Source: an uncultured Chloroflexia bacterium (GTDB lineage: Bacteria; Chloroflexota; Limnocylindria; Limnocylindrales; CSP1-4). Taken from it: a stretch of DNA of 64,000 nt. A program made the translations under genes and the position numbers. Below the pieces are notes generated by a model. It had not been told where the DNA came from and ran no database searches. It was given only the letters and a program-made list of their open reading frames with translations. The stretch is from positions 256,001 to 320,000 of the forward strand of contig CAVVJT010000003.1 of NCBI GenBank assembly GCA_963748625.1. Direction: 5' to 3'. Positions 29,518 to 39,506 of the stretch are shown in pieces (the first letter of the stretch is position 1; each line of letters begins with the position of its first letter).

Positions 29518-30819
29518 CCCTCATCGGACGGACGTGGCGAGCCATCCCGCTGGGCATCAAGCTGGACGAGTGCCCGTCCTGCCAGACGATCGGACCCCAC
29601 GCAGTTGCGCGGCGGGTGCGATGGTTCGAAGTCTTGCGACTGCAACTTGTCCGGCTTGGATCAGACCATGCGCTGATCTGCGGGAAGTGTGGACTGGAGA
29701 CTCCGATCGCCGGCGATGTCGTCAAGGCTGGCCTCAAGGCCGGCACGCTGAAGATCGATCGGCAGCGACCCCTCGTTGATGCCCAGGCGCTGCAACGCTG
29801 CGGGCAAGGCGACGGCTCAGCCGCTGTCTCCCTTGGCGGGTCTGCCCCGAAGGCGGATCCGGGCGAGATCCGGGCGACCTACGACCGTCGACTTCGCGAG
29901 GTGCTACCGATCAAGGGCCCGAAGCCCACAGGCCGTGTACGCCCGCATCTGGCCTGTCTTGGCCATCATCGTCGCCGGCGTGGTGCTCGTACCGAGCGGT
30001 GCAGTGGCGATCCAGTCCGCTGGGATCGACTTGACCGCACTGTCCGCTGGCGGGGCGGCCACAAGCGGGCCCGCAGCGGTTGCCAGCTCGCCATCACCGC
30101 GTCCGACCCGTAAGCCGGTGGAGCGTCCCTTTGCGAAGCGGTTTGATGATTGGTCTCAGGTCTACTACAGGGACTCAGTCCTTCCGTGCTACACCGGAGA
30201 CTCCTGCAGCCTGGACTGGAAGATCCGGTATGGCGACGGGACAGCCGTCCCTCTGGCAGTTGAGGTAGTTCGCCTCGCTGACCTATTCCGCGACAAGAAC
30301 AGCGTGCAGATGGATTCAGTAGATGACTGCCGCCAGGAACACGGGTCCATGTTCACACTGCTGGCCTCGATCGCGTCTGAAGTCTCGCTGCTTCAGGCGC
30401 TCAAGCCCGGGGAGACGGTCCCCAAGACTTGGCGTCCGGCCACGCAGGTCACCTTCGAGCCCTGCACAACAGCCCTGCCTGACTCACAGAAGGCAGTGGC
30501 GACGCTCAAGTCACTGCTCGCGGATGCCCGAGGGGAGCTGGTGAAGGCGAAGAAGCTCGTCCGGGCCAAGGACTGGTCTGGTGCCAGGGCAGCGTCCGGA
30601 CGACTGACCGATCTCGCGGCGCAGATCACCCGTACCTCCGCGCGCGACTTCCCGAGCGGTGGCGGCGCCACGTGGGCACCGATCCGGACTATTGGCTGGG
30701 ACCTGATGCGGGTGAGTGGCTTCCTCGAGGTCAAGCGGCTGGCGGCCGCCAAGTCGACGACGAAGCTGATGGACAGCACCATCTCTGCCATCGAGCGTGT
30801 GAAGCTGGGCGGTTCCTGA
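29514..30819 (+). CDS. Zinc-ribbon (zinc_ribbon_15-like) plus TM plus extracellular helical domain; frameshift near 29925
   Basis: CPSC...RRVRWF...CGKC in ORF 29514; TM and Cys-containing basic domain in the ORF 29776 frame; ATGA overlap with the LysM gene. Confidence 0.6.
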
Positions 30820-30852
30820 CCCAGTTGTCGTGGCCGGTGAACAGCGGCTGTA

Positions 30853-31014
30853 TTCGTCATCGCCACGGCAGAGGTCGTGGGCGCGACGGTCGTGACCAGC
30901 GAGAGCTACGGCAAGGGCGACAAGCCGCAGATCCCCTATGTCTGTGACCAGCTCGCCGTCCCCTGGGTGGACATCTTCGAGTTCGTCCGCTTGGCGAGAG
31001 CTCCGCTCGTGTAA
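30853..31014 (+). pseudogene. C-terminal remnant of a DUF4411-like PIN-domain protein
   Basis: Manual translation FVIATAEVVGATVVTSESYGKGDKPQIPYVCDQLAVPWVDIFEFVR; no start or N-terminus. Confidence 0.6.
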
Positions 31015-31096
31015 ACCGCTCACAGTGGTCGCAGCGCGTGAGCGACACCTTCGCAATCCATGATCGGAGGGTGCGCTGATCTGCGCGATCAGCGCG

Positions 31097-31657
31097 TTAG
31101 CCGAAAGCCCAAGTCACCAGAAGAAAGTCCTCGGGCGCGATCGTGCCCGCGGCAAAGGCGAGACGCAGCCATGCTGCCTGGGCGGTGCCGCGATCACCAG
31201 GCCCCTTCATCTCCACCAACCGCGGTCGACGCGGGCTTTGCCACGCGATGATGTCCGGGTACCCGGACTCGCCGTGCCGGACCAGGATCGAGGCAAGTCG
31301 CGGAGGCAGGAGCGGCGGGACCGGCATCGTCGGGTTGGCCGGGGCGACCGGGACCAGCATCAGACTGCGCCAGTCATCATTCCGCTGGCCGCAGGTCGCC
31401 ACCCAGCCGGCGTTCCAATCCGAGGCGAGGAACCTGCGAACCATTGCGATCTCGGCGCACGAGAGCTGTCCATCAGGCCCCGCGACCAGATTGCCCTTCT
31501 TCGCGCAGTCGTAGGCGTGGTTGTCGAGCCGCTCACCGGTGAACGGTGCAAAGGTCGTGCTGGCGGTCCAGACCTCGACGCCACCGAAGATGCCGCGCAC
31601 GGGGGCCGTCAGTGGCCGGATCGCCCTAATCCATTCCAGATCCGCTGATCCAGTCAC
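31097..31657 (-). CDS. VRR-NUC-like PD-(D/E)xK nuclease
   Basis: GYPDII...LVEMKGPGDR..AQAAWL motif. Confidence 0.75.
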   Translation of the reverse strand: MTGSADLEWIRAIRPLTAPVRGIFGGVEVWTASTTFAPFTGERLDNHAYDCAKKGNLVAGPDGQLSCAEIAMVRRFLASDWNAGWVATCGQRNDDWRSLMLVPVAPANPTMPVPPLLPPRLASILVRHGESGYPDIIAWQSPRRPRLVEMKGPGDRGTAQAAWLRLAFAAGTIAPEDFLLVTWAFG

Positions 31658-31998
31658 CCGCCGCCTCTCGCGCTCGCCTGGTTGACGCCAGTCCTCGTTT
31701 CCCAAGTGTCGCACCCTCTGCGGACGCACGGTCCGCTGGCGAGGTCATCCGCCGGAGATCCTTGCTGCTCGCCCTCGGGTGCTCTCCCTCCCACAAGGGC
31801 TTCATTGTCCGACCGAGGTGACCGCGGTCGGTGAAGGGTTCTGTGTCCGACTGGTCGTCTTCTCCGTCGAGCTGTGCCGCGACCGGGATTCAGGGTTGTG
31901 CCCGATCCGCCCGATCGCGCGCTCGCTACGCTCCATGCCACGACCGTTACGCCGTCCGCGGTCCAGGGACCGCAGCAGCGCCCGTAGGCGGCTGGCGG

Positions 31999-32649
31999 AT
32001 GGGTCTGACCTCGATGGCGCGGGCGTTCGTCGCGGCCCTGCGAGCCGAGATGCGAATGCGCGGAGACTTCTTCCGCCAAACATCGGACAAACGCCCTCCG
32101 AACGGTGTTAGGACGACATGGCCCGAGATGCGGGCCGACTGTCGGAGGACATTCGCAGTGCTCGCACTGAACCAGGACCTCGTTCGCCCCGTGCTCGGGA
32201 ACGCTCGCCTCCTGCTGGCACGCCGCCGAGACGGCGACCTCATCAACGACGCCATCGCCACTGCCTCGGATGAGGCGAACCGCGCGATGGCCGTATGGGA
32301 CCCGCAGAGCAAGGGCTACTGCGCCGAGACGGTCATCTTCGACATTGCGAACCTCGCCACGAACGCGATCCACCGGATTCGGACGAAGGCCACCGGGAAT
32401 GGCCCGGTCAGCTTCTCGTTCCCTGTGGACATCGGCGACTACACGTTCCGTATGCGTGGTTCGCAGCCCCACCGTGGGGGCGACATCCTGGTCAAGATCA
32501 CCAGTCGCGTCAGGGCAGAGCCGCGCGATCCTGGGATGAACGAGGTGATGGCCAATGTCGTGCGCAACGGCGGCCGGCTCGTCTTCTTCGGCCTCGACGG
32601 AGCACTCAACGAGTACGCGTGGCTCCCGATCGAAAGGCGCGAGTGGTAG
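31999..32649 (+). CDS. Hypothetical protein
   Basis: 216-aa ORF with natural composition. Confidence 0.55.
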   Translation: MGLTSMARAFVAALRAEMRMRGDFFRQTSDKRPPNGVRTTWPEMRADCRRTFAVLALNQDLVRPVLGNARLLLARRRDGDLINDAIATASDEANRAMAVWDPQSKGYCAETVIFDIANLATNAIHRIRTKATGNGPVSFSFPVDIGDYTFRMRGSQPHRGGDILVKITSRVRAEPRDPGMNEVMANVVRNGGRLVFFGLDGALNEYAWLPIERREW

Positions 32650-32819
32650 CGCTGTCACACCATAAGGCTTTCAGGGGTCCGGGTTCGCACAGGGTGTCGT
32701 CGAACTCGGACTCCTTTTCGGGGTGTCGGTCCGTCCCAGACCGGCGCCACAAGGACTACGTTCTGGCGGGTCCGAAACGAGCCTGTAACGAGCCCCACCG
32801 AGATCGGAACCGGGGCAAA

Positions 32820-33465
32820 TCACGAGACCCCGTTTTGGAGCGCCCCTTGCGCGGCCTCTTCCGCCTTCAGGAGTCGATCGAGGGTCGCGACGCCGATGCG
32901 CAGCTTCTTCGCCGCCTGACGCTTCGAGAGCCGGCCCTCGACGATCTCGACGCGCACCTTCGGCCAGGCCTTGGCGAAGCGCGGGTCGTCGGTGACTCGC
33001 GGACGACCGATCCTGATGCCCTTTGCGGCCGCGTGCCGCATCCCTTCCTTGACGCGCTCGCCGATCAGCTCCCGTTCCATCTCCGCGACCGCAGCCATGA
33101 TGTGGAACACGAGTCGGCCGGCTGGACTCGTGGTGTCGAGCTCGGGCTGTGTCAGCACGAAGAAGCCGACACCGTGATGGTTCAGGTCCTCCAGTGTGTT
33201 GACGGCGTCGAACCACCGAGCGGAAGGCCCGGTCGAGCTTCCAGACCATCACGACGTCGATCTTGCGCTGGCGTGCGTCCCGCAGCAGCGAGCGCCAGGC
33301 CACGCGACGGGACAGATCACCCGCCGACGCCTGGTCGACGTACTCGCTGACGTCCCAGCCCCGCGCCGCCGCGTAGGCGCGCATCGAGTCCATCTGGACC
33401 TCGGGATCCTGGTTCTTGTCGCGGGTCGAGACACGCGCGTACAGCGCGACACGCTGGATGGTCAC
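32820..33465 (-). CDS. Serine recombinase (resolvase/invertase family), frameshift near 33208
   Basis: ALYARVST, VWKLDRAFRS; second frame DTTSPAGRLVFHIMAAVAEMERELIGERVKEG...GRP plus HTH. Confidence 0.9.
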
Positions 33466-33598
33466 TGCTCAGATCCCCGTGCGGCCGGTGGCCCTATGAA
33501 GGTGGGCGCAACCTGCTCGAAGTCAAGTCGCACTCAGGAGGTGCCTTTCGGTTATCGCGACCAGCGGCGCTGGGAGGATCTTCCGGTAGTCCGCACGG

Positions 33599-34174
33599 CT
33601 ACATCTGCGGGAAGAAGAGCCACGCGAACTCGTCGCGCACCTGGTCCTCGGTCATGGCACGGACGGTGCTACGACCCACCCATCGCGTCTCGGATAGGTC
33701 GCGCTCGAGCTGATCGACACGCTGACGGGTGTCGCTCACGATGATGGCCATCGAGTGGTCGTCGACCACGCCCCTTTCGCCGCGCACCTCGAGAAGCACA
33801 TCGACGGTCTCGGCCATGTACTTGTCTGGCACTGCTGCGTGCCTGGCCTGCGTCTCCTCGGCCTGGGCTCGAACCCAGTCAGCCACCGTCGTCCCCTCGC
33901 TCGCGGCCTCCACGATGGCCGCGGTCGCGTAGCCCTGGAACTCGGAGACCGTGACCGGGTGGTCGATAGGGCCTCCGATCACGACACGCCAGCCGAGGCG
34001 CTGGAGACGGTCGCGCATCTCGCTGATCTGTCCGGCGGATCCGAAGACGAGCCGGTCGAAGCCGATCGTGTCGTCGCCCTCGCCGTGCCTGATCGACACG
34101 AGCTCAGTCCGGTAGTCGGCGGCCTGGCTCCAGCGCCGCCCCGGATGGTCCCCTGGTGAGTCGTACACGATCAT
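33599..34174 (-). CDS. Hypothetical protein
   Basis: GGAG SD before ATG 34174; acidic globular composition. Confidence 0.6.
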   Translation of the reverse strand: MIVYDSPGDHPGRRWSQAADYRTELVSIRHGEGDDTIGFDRLVFGSAGQISEMRDRLQRLGWRVVIGGPIDHPVTVSEFQGYATAAIVEAASEGTTVADWVRAQAEETQARHAAVPDKYMAETVDVLLEVRGERGVVDDHSMAIIVSDTRQRVDQLERDLSETRWVGRSTVRAMTEDQVRDEFAWLFFPQM

Positions 34175-34185
34175 CTCCACACACA

Positions 34186-34211
34186 AAGAGGCCGCCCTGG
34201 TGGACGGCCTC
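34186..34211 (-). terminator. Hairpin with short U tract
   Basis: gaggccgtcc-acca-gggcggcctc-tttg on the minus strand. Confidence 0.45.
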
Positions 34212-34316
34212 GGTGCGCGGATTGTATCGATCAGGACTGCGTAGGATCGACCCCTTCCGGAACGCGACAGTGTGCGATCTCCCACCGTCGGATGCGCTCA
34301 GTTCATTCACGGGATC

Positions 34317-34442
34317 TTACTCGCTGACGTTCCAGCCTCGCGACGCCGCATAAGCGCGCATCGAGTCCATCTGGACTTCTGGGTCCTGGTGCTTGTCGCG
34401 GGTGGACACCCGCGCGTACAGCGCGACACGCTGGATTGCCAC
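34317..34442 (-). pseudogene. Truncated second copy of the resolvase N-terminus
   Basis: VAIQRVALYARVSTRDKHQDPEVQMDSMRAYAASRGWNVSE* is near-identical to the first 41 aa of the 33465 resolvase. Confidence 0.85.
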
Positions 34443-34888
34443 TACTCGATCTCCGCGCGTTCACGAACGAGTCCGACCGTGGCAAGCGCCATGCCAACGT
34501 CCTGGGTGTCGGCGGCCAAGATCCGCCACCGCTCCACGCCATCGCAGATCGCGAGCTGTGCCGCCGGTCCGAGGGCACGGAGCCGGGCAACCAGGGCCGG
34601 GGCGTCGATCGACCACCTCTCGGCCAAGCCGTCCTCCTGGGCGTCGTCCACCTCCGTCCAGAGCAGATGAGCAGTCGTGGCGTCGACCCAGGTTCCACTA
34701 AGCACGTCGCAGATGGCGAACGCCTCGTCTTCGGTCAGCCGGACGCGTCGAAGCTCGGCCGCGAGCGTGGCGTGATACCGCTCGAGGTCGCGTCGGGCAA
34801 CCTCCTCAAGCGATGGGGCGAGCGGACCTCGCCGGGCATCGAGCTCTGAGGTGTCGGTGAGGTGCAACTGCACGACGGACGGGGGCAT
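34442..34888 (-). CDS. Hypothetical plasmid/phage-type protein
   Basis: AGGAG SD; RDLERY...LTEDEAFAICDVLSG...LAERWSIDAPALV...DGVERW; overlaps the start of the truncated resolvase. Confidence 0.65.
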   Translation of the reverse strand: MPPSVVQLHLTDTSELDARRGPLAPSLEEVARRDLERYHATLAAELRRVRLTEDEAFAICDVLSGTWVDATTAHLLWTEVDDAQEDGLAERWSIDAPALVARLRALGPAAQLAICDGVERWRILAADTQDVGMALATVGLVRERAEIE

Positions 34889-35320
34889 CGGGATGATCTC
34901 CTGCGGTTCGGCGTGGGGGTCGGTGGTTGCGTCGTCGGCCCGCGCCGCGATGTCGTCGTGGTGGTGCACCGGGATCTCCCTTACTCCGTCGGAAGCCGCA
35001 TGGCTCCGTGCATCGATCGTCGTCAGGAGTCGCTGGAGCGCAAGGGGTCCAGGCGGGAGAATTTGTGGGCGTCGGCGGCACCGCCAGCCGGTGCGGTCCA
35101 CCGTGTGGGCCGAGGGCGATCCGCGGGGGTCGTGCGCCCGACCCATGTCGCTATCCAAGCCGCAATGCGCGCCTCGGGCTCTGACGCTTGTGAGGGTCGC
35201 CGGGCAGAGGTGGCGGTCCGCATAAACAGAAGTCGAGGGGAGACTGCCGCATCCATTGGCGAATCTGCTGGAGGGGCGGCCTGCCAGCAACCCGGCTGCG
35301 CGCGATGCGCAGAGAGGCGC

Positions 35321-36106
35321 CTACGAGGCTGGCGCGCCCCCCTCTTCGGCCGCAGTCATGGGCTTCGTGCGCAGGAAGCGCCGATCGGCGACCCGGTATG
35401 CCTCTGCCTCGAGCCAGTCGAGCACGTCCTGTGCGCCTCGTCTCTGATCGAGAAGGACGTACTCGAGGCGACCGACAGCCTCGACCGTCTCGTCGGTCGG
35501 GTACAGCTCTTCGATGGCACGGCGGCCCAGCTTGACCGCGTCGTCCATGGACGCCCGCGACCACCATCGCTCCTGGATGGCCAGGATCATGGCTGCCTGC
35601 CCTGCCAGGATTTCTGGAGTTGGCGGCGCCTGGATCTTGACCTCCTCCCACTTCCGGTCGAGCCACCGCATCGGGTCCGACTCGGCAAGGTCGGCGAGCT
35701 CGTCCTCCCTTGCTCGTCGCCGCTCCTCCTGCATCGCCATCCGGGCAAGATCCTGGCTGCCGAGCGAGAGGCTGCTGCTGGCCACCTCACGCCACGGATC
35801 GTCGTCAAGGTCGTCGGTAGCAAGGAACGCCCTGTCCTCGGGACAGATCTCGGACTGCCCGAAGTCGCGGTGGAAGACGGCCACCGCGTGCCCGACGAGA
35901 TCGCGGAAGTCAGCGAAGGTGGTGACGCGCTCCTTGAGGGGACGGACCCACACGACATCCGGATGCCTGGCGTTGACGTCGGCAATGAACGACTCGATCT
36001 CGCCCGGGGTCGCCTCGACCACACCGCTGTCGAAGCCGGCAGACCCCATGTGGTCACTGTGGCCCGGTGTCATGTCGAACCAGTACAAGCGTTTGGTCCC
36101 AGTCAT
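35321..36106 (-). CDS. Hypothetical protein
   Basis: GGAG SD; 261-aa acidic ORF. Confidence 0.65.
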   Translation of the reverse strand: MTGTKRLYWFDMTPGHSDHMGSAGFDSGVVEATPGEIESFIADVNARHPDVVWVRPLKERVTTFADFRDLVGHAVAVFHRDFGQSEICPEDRAFLATDDLDDDPWREVASSSLSLGSQDLARMAMQEERRRAREDELADLAESDPMRWLDRKWEEVKIQAPPTPEILAGQAAMILAIQERWWSRASMDDAVKLGRRAIEELYPTDETVEAVGRLEYVLLDQRRGAQDVLDWLEAEAYRVADRRFLRTKPMTAAEEGGAPAS

Positions 36107-36214
36107 CTTGTCTCCGGTGTCGGCGGTCGCCTGGGTTCGACTACCTTCCCAGGCTTGGATCTACCGCCGCTCGTCGGCGAGATGGATAGCAGCCCGAGGT
36201 AGCCTGACTACCGG

Positions 36215-37321
36215 CTACCCCGTTGCACGGACGATCTCCAACGCGTCGTCGCGCAAACGCTCGATCTCTGCGCGTGGCAGCCCGCGCGAGCGGTGCGCCA
36301 GTGCTTCGAGTGCATTGGCCATCTGGCGCGCGATGGTCGGTGACACCTCTGTGGGCAAAGCCCAGAGCATCCAAATGCCGTTCATCAACTGGAGGGCGTC
36401 CCGGGGCGAGAGTACGCGCAGCCGATCAACGAGCGCGGACAGCACGACGTCCCGGGTATCGGGGAGCTGCTGCGTGAGGTAGCGGGCAGCCGTCCCAGCG
36501 ACCGCGAGCCTGGCCGGGGTGGCGCCCGGTCGCCCTGCCTCGAAGTCCGACCAAGCCCTCGCAACCGTTTTACGTGAGATGTCGCTCGACCCGGGAGCCC
36601 CGCTCGCGAGGACCGCGAGGGCACGGGCCCGTCGACGCGGCGACGGGCTCGCGAGGTGCGGTTCCGCCCATCTCCGGAGGTCGAGGGGGTTGAACCAGTC
36701 CACAGCCACCTCATCCTCGCGGCACGCGTAGCGGTACCACGTGGGGTCGTCCTCAAGGTCTTCGGCGAGACGGATCGTCGACTGCACACGATGCATCTCG
36801 AACTGCTCCAGCTCCCCTGCTCCGTGGCGAGCGACGAGCGCTCGAAGGCGCTCCGACCGGTCAACCAGATCCCGGACATCCAGATTGGCCGCAGCCGAGC
36901 CGAAGATCCAGGCTGGATCGAGGACCGACCCTGGCTTCCCGAACCGATCACGTCCGCGATAGGCCGCCTCCACGGCGGGCCCGAGGTCGCCGGTGCCACC
37001 CCATGTGGCCAGCACGGCAACCACACGCGTGATGTGGTTGTCGCAATGAAACTCCTCCACCGGGGATTCCACGAGCTCCCGGCCCCGACGGAGAACGGCA
37101 GCCAGAAGCCTGTCGTCGATCTGTTGTCGCGGACCGGAGAGATCGGCGTAGAACTCGATCCACGACTCGCACCGGAGGAACGCGGATTCCGAGTCCAGGT
37201 TCCGCACCTCGCGCCAAGGGGCAGCGACCCCCTGCCAGACCTCCTCGCGGTCTGCGGGCAGTGCACGACGAGCGCGCTCGAGGGGTTGAGCCGACCCGGG
37301 CCCGCGTCCCTCATCAACCAC
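36215..37321 (-). CDS. Hypothetical alpha-helical (HEAT-like) protein; start uncertain
   Basis: Long ORF directly downstream of the lipoprotein gene. Confidence 0.55.
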   Translation of the reverse strand: MVDEGRGPGSAQPLERARRALPADREEVWQGVAAPWREVRNLDSESAFLRCESWIEFYADLSGPRQQIDDRLLAAVLRRGRELVESPVEEFHCDNHITRVVAVLATWGGTGDLGPAVEAAYRGRDRFGKPGSVLDPAWIFGSAAANLDVRDLVDRSERLRALVARHGAGELEQFEMHRVQSTIRLAEDLEDDPTWYRYACREDEVAVDWFNPLDLRRWAEPHLASPSPRRRARALAVLASGAPGSSDISRKTVARAWSDFEAGRPGATPARLAVAGTAARYLTQQLPDTRDVVLSALVDRLRVLSPRDALQLMNGIWMLWALPTEVSPTIARQMANALEALAHRSRGLPRAEIERLRDDALEIVRATG

Positions 37322-37329
37322 TTCGCGGG

Positions 37330-38373
37330 CTACGGTCGAGGGTTGCACGGCACGGTCGGCAGAGAGGACTGGACGCCGAGCGCATCGCTCGGGATCCAGT
37401 CGCGAATCTCCGAAGTGTCCCACGCAGCCCGGCCCGAGAGCAGGACCTGACCATCAGGAACGGAGACAAGGGCCTGGTGGTCATCGCCAAGGACCCAGAG
37501 CGCCCGGCCGTCAGGGGACCAGTCCATGACACGCATCCCGGCCAGCGCCGGCAGTTCAATGATGTCGCCGCCGCCCGTCGGGATCAGTCCCACGCGCGGC
37601 GTGGTAAGGGTGGCGGCGATCCATCGACCATCCGGAGAGAACTTCGAGTCGTACGCGTCGTTCACCATTACACCGTCCGGAAGGATCTGCCTGGTGGCCT
37701 TGCTCGCGACATCGACCGCCATCAGCGTAAGCGGGTTCCCGTCAGTGCTCTGACGGTAGAGTATTTCCCGCCCGTCGGGCGACCAGTCCAACAGGACGGC
37801 TCCGACATCTTCACCGAGCAGGGGCTCGGCGAGTTCGTCGACATTCGCAGGCCCCGGCCCGTTCAACGGCACAACGTGGGATTCGCCCACGTTCCCCAAT
37901 TCGTAGGTTGCCAGTTGGGAGCCGTCCGGCGAGACAATGACGCGACTGAACACGGAGCCCCACGGGTTTTCACCCGTCAAGTAAAGCCTGCCGACAGGAG
38001 CCTCTGTGTTTCCGCGAAAGACCAGGAGGCCCCCCTCGCACATCCCGACGAGCGTCTTCCCATCTCTTGACCACCTGAACCCGTTGTACTTGAGGTCAAA
38101 GTAGTTCGGCTCGACAGGGCGCTCCCACTCGGAGTCGACGCTCACGACGTTCATTTGATCGGGATTGACACCCGCCACGACCGGGACCGGGAATGCCCAG
38201 ACGCTTGGCGCCTCAGACACTGTGGACGCGGTTCCTTTCGCTTCAGCCACGTTCTCTGATGCAGTCCCGGCGCCCGGACCCGAGCAGCCGGCCAGTAGGG
38301 TGGCGACAGCAAGCAGGCCCGAGGTGAGCACCAGAATTGGCTGCGGCTGCGAGGTGAAGGGTCGAGCGTTCAC
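37330..38373 (-). CDS. Lipoprotein with TolB/WD40-like propeller repeats
   Basis: AGGAG SD; lipobox LLAGC; WSRDGK, VSPDGS, WSPDGR and FSPDGR repeats. Confidence 0.8.
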   Translation of the reverse strand: MNARPFTSQPQPILVLTSGLLAVATLLAGCSGPGAGTASENVAEAKGTASTVSEAPSVWAFPVPVVAGVNPDQMNVVSVDSEWERPVEPNYFDLKYNGFRWSRDGKTLVGMCEGGLLVFRGNTEAPVGRLYLTGENPWGSVFSRVIVSPDGSQLATYELGNVGESHVVPLNGPGPANVDELAEPLLGEDVGAVLLDWSPDGREILYRQSTDGNPLTLMAVDVASKATRQILPDGVMVNDAYDSKFSPDGRWIAATLTTPRVGLIPTGGGDIIELPALAGMRVMDWSPDGRALWVLGDDHQALVSVPDGQVLLSGRAAWDTSEIRDWIPSDALGVQSSLPTVPCNPRP

Positions 38374-38499
38374 GTCGGTCTCCTGATGGTGAGGCGTGAT
38401 TGGGTGTAGCAGGTGGGCCCCTCGCCGAACGATGCTGGATGGCCCAGTAGGCTCCCGCCCGACGGCACGTCCGTCGGGCGGGTGCGATCGAGCGGAGGC

Positions 38500-39177
38500 C
38501 TACCAGGTGGCGACCACCGACAGGAACTTTCCCTTGACCGTCAGTGCCGCGGAGGTGGCGACGTTCGAGCCTGCGACGGAGGCTCCCATGCCGACGAGGA
38601 TCCGGTAGACGTGACCCTTCACGATGGTCGAACCGGAGAAGGCAGGCGAGTAGTCGGAGGGGGTGGTCCCGGCCGTCGTCTGGGTCGAGGCCCGGGTGTA
38701 CGGGTAGACCGCGGCGCACGGGGCCATGTTCACTGTCGTGAGCGTCTTCGCCGCTGCCACCCGCTTCGCAGTGGCGTCGTAGAGCTGAACGACGAGGTTG
38801 GCGCCGCCTCGGGCAAAGCCCATCATGATCGCGCTGCACTGCCAGGACCAGGCAAACGAGCCGCGAATCCGTGCCGTGATCTTGCCACCCGTGGTGCCGC
38901 TGTATGTGAAGTTCGGGCTGTTGAGACCGGTGGAACCGACGCCCTCAGGTGCGACGAGACGGAAGGTGTCGCTGTACGCGGTCGTGAGCCAGAAGCTGTT
39001 GTAGCCGCCGCCATACGTGACGCCAACGTTGCCGCTGATGACCGGCGCGACCGGCAGACTCTTCGCGTACGAGAGCGTCACGCCCCCGGCTGCCACCGGG
39101 CCAGCGGCGACGATCGTGGCGAGCGCGGCCAACGCGAACGAGCCGGCGATGCTGCGCCTGACCACTGCGAGCTTCAT
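38500..39177 (-). CDS. Secreted beta-rich hypothetical protein
   Basis: GGAGG SD; signal peptide; upstream TGTAAGG-N16-CTCAT site. Confidence 0.75.
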   Translation of the reverse strand: MKLAVVRRSIAGSFALAALATIVAAGPVAAGGVTLSYAKSLPVAPVISGNVGVTYGGGYNSFWLTTAYSDTFRLVAPEGVGSTGLNSPNFTYSGTTGGKITARIRGSFAWSWQCSAIMMGFARGGANLVVQLYDATAKRVAAAKTLTTVNMAPCAAVYPYTRASTQTTAGTTPSDYSPAFSGSTIVKGHVYRILVGMGASVAGSNVATSAALTVKGKFLSVVATW

Positions 39178-39242
39178 CCCTGGATCCTCCGGGATGCCAC
39201 CGACCCGCGTGCTTGCGGGCCTGTCGTGTCATCCATGAGGTG

Positions 39243-39270
39243 ATGAGGGCGCACGAGCGAAGTCCTTACA
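39243..39270 (-). promoter_or_regulatory. Putative ECF promoter TGTAAGG-N16-CTCAT
   Basis: Matches a motif found five times with an exact 16-bp spacer; 66 bp upstream of the gene at 39177. Confidence 0.7.
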
Positions 39271-39506
39271 CCCTGCGTCGAAACTTCCTCGCATATCGTC
39301 GAACACGCCACGGCGGCCATTGGCCCGCAGTGGCGACCGGGGCGAATCCCGACCGGATCGGCGACAAACAGGTCAGTGTCACACCGTTGGATTCAGTGCT
39401 ACGCGGCGCCCAGGAGCATTAGGCCCCTCGTGCGCTGCCGTCGCGTACGCAATGGAAACCCTGAGTACCGAGCGGGTCAGCCCCGTGTCCTACCTGGGTG
39501 AACAAC

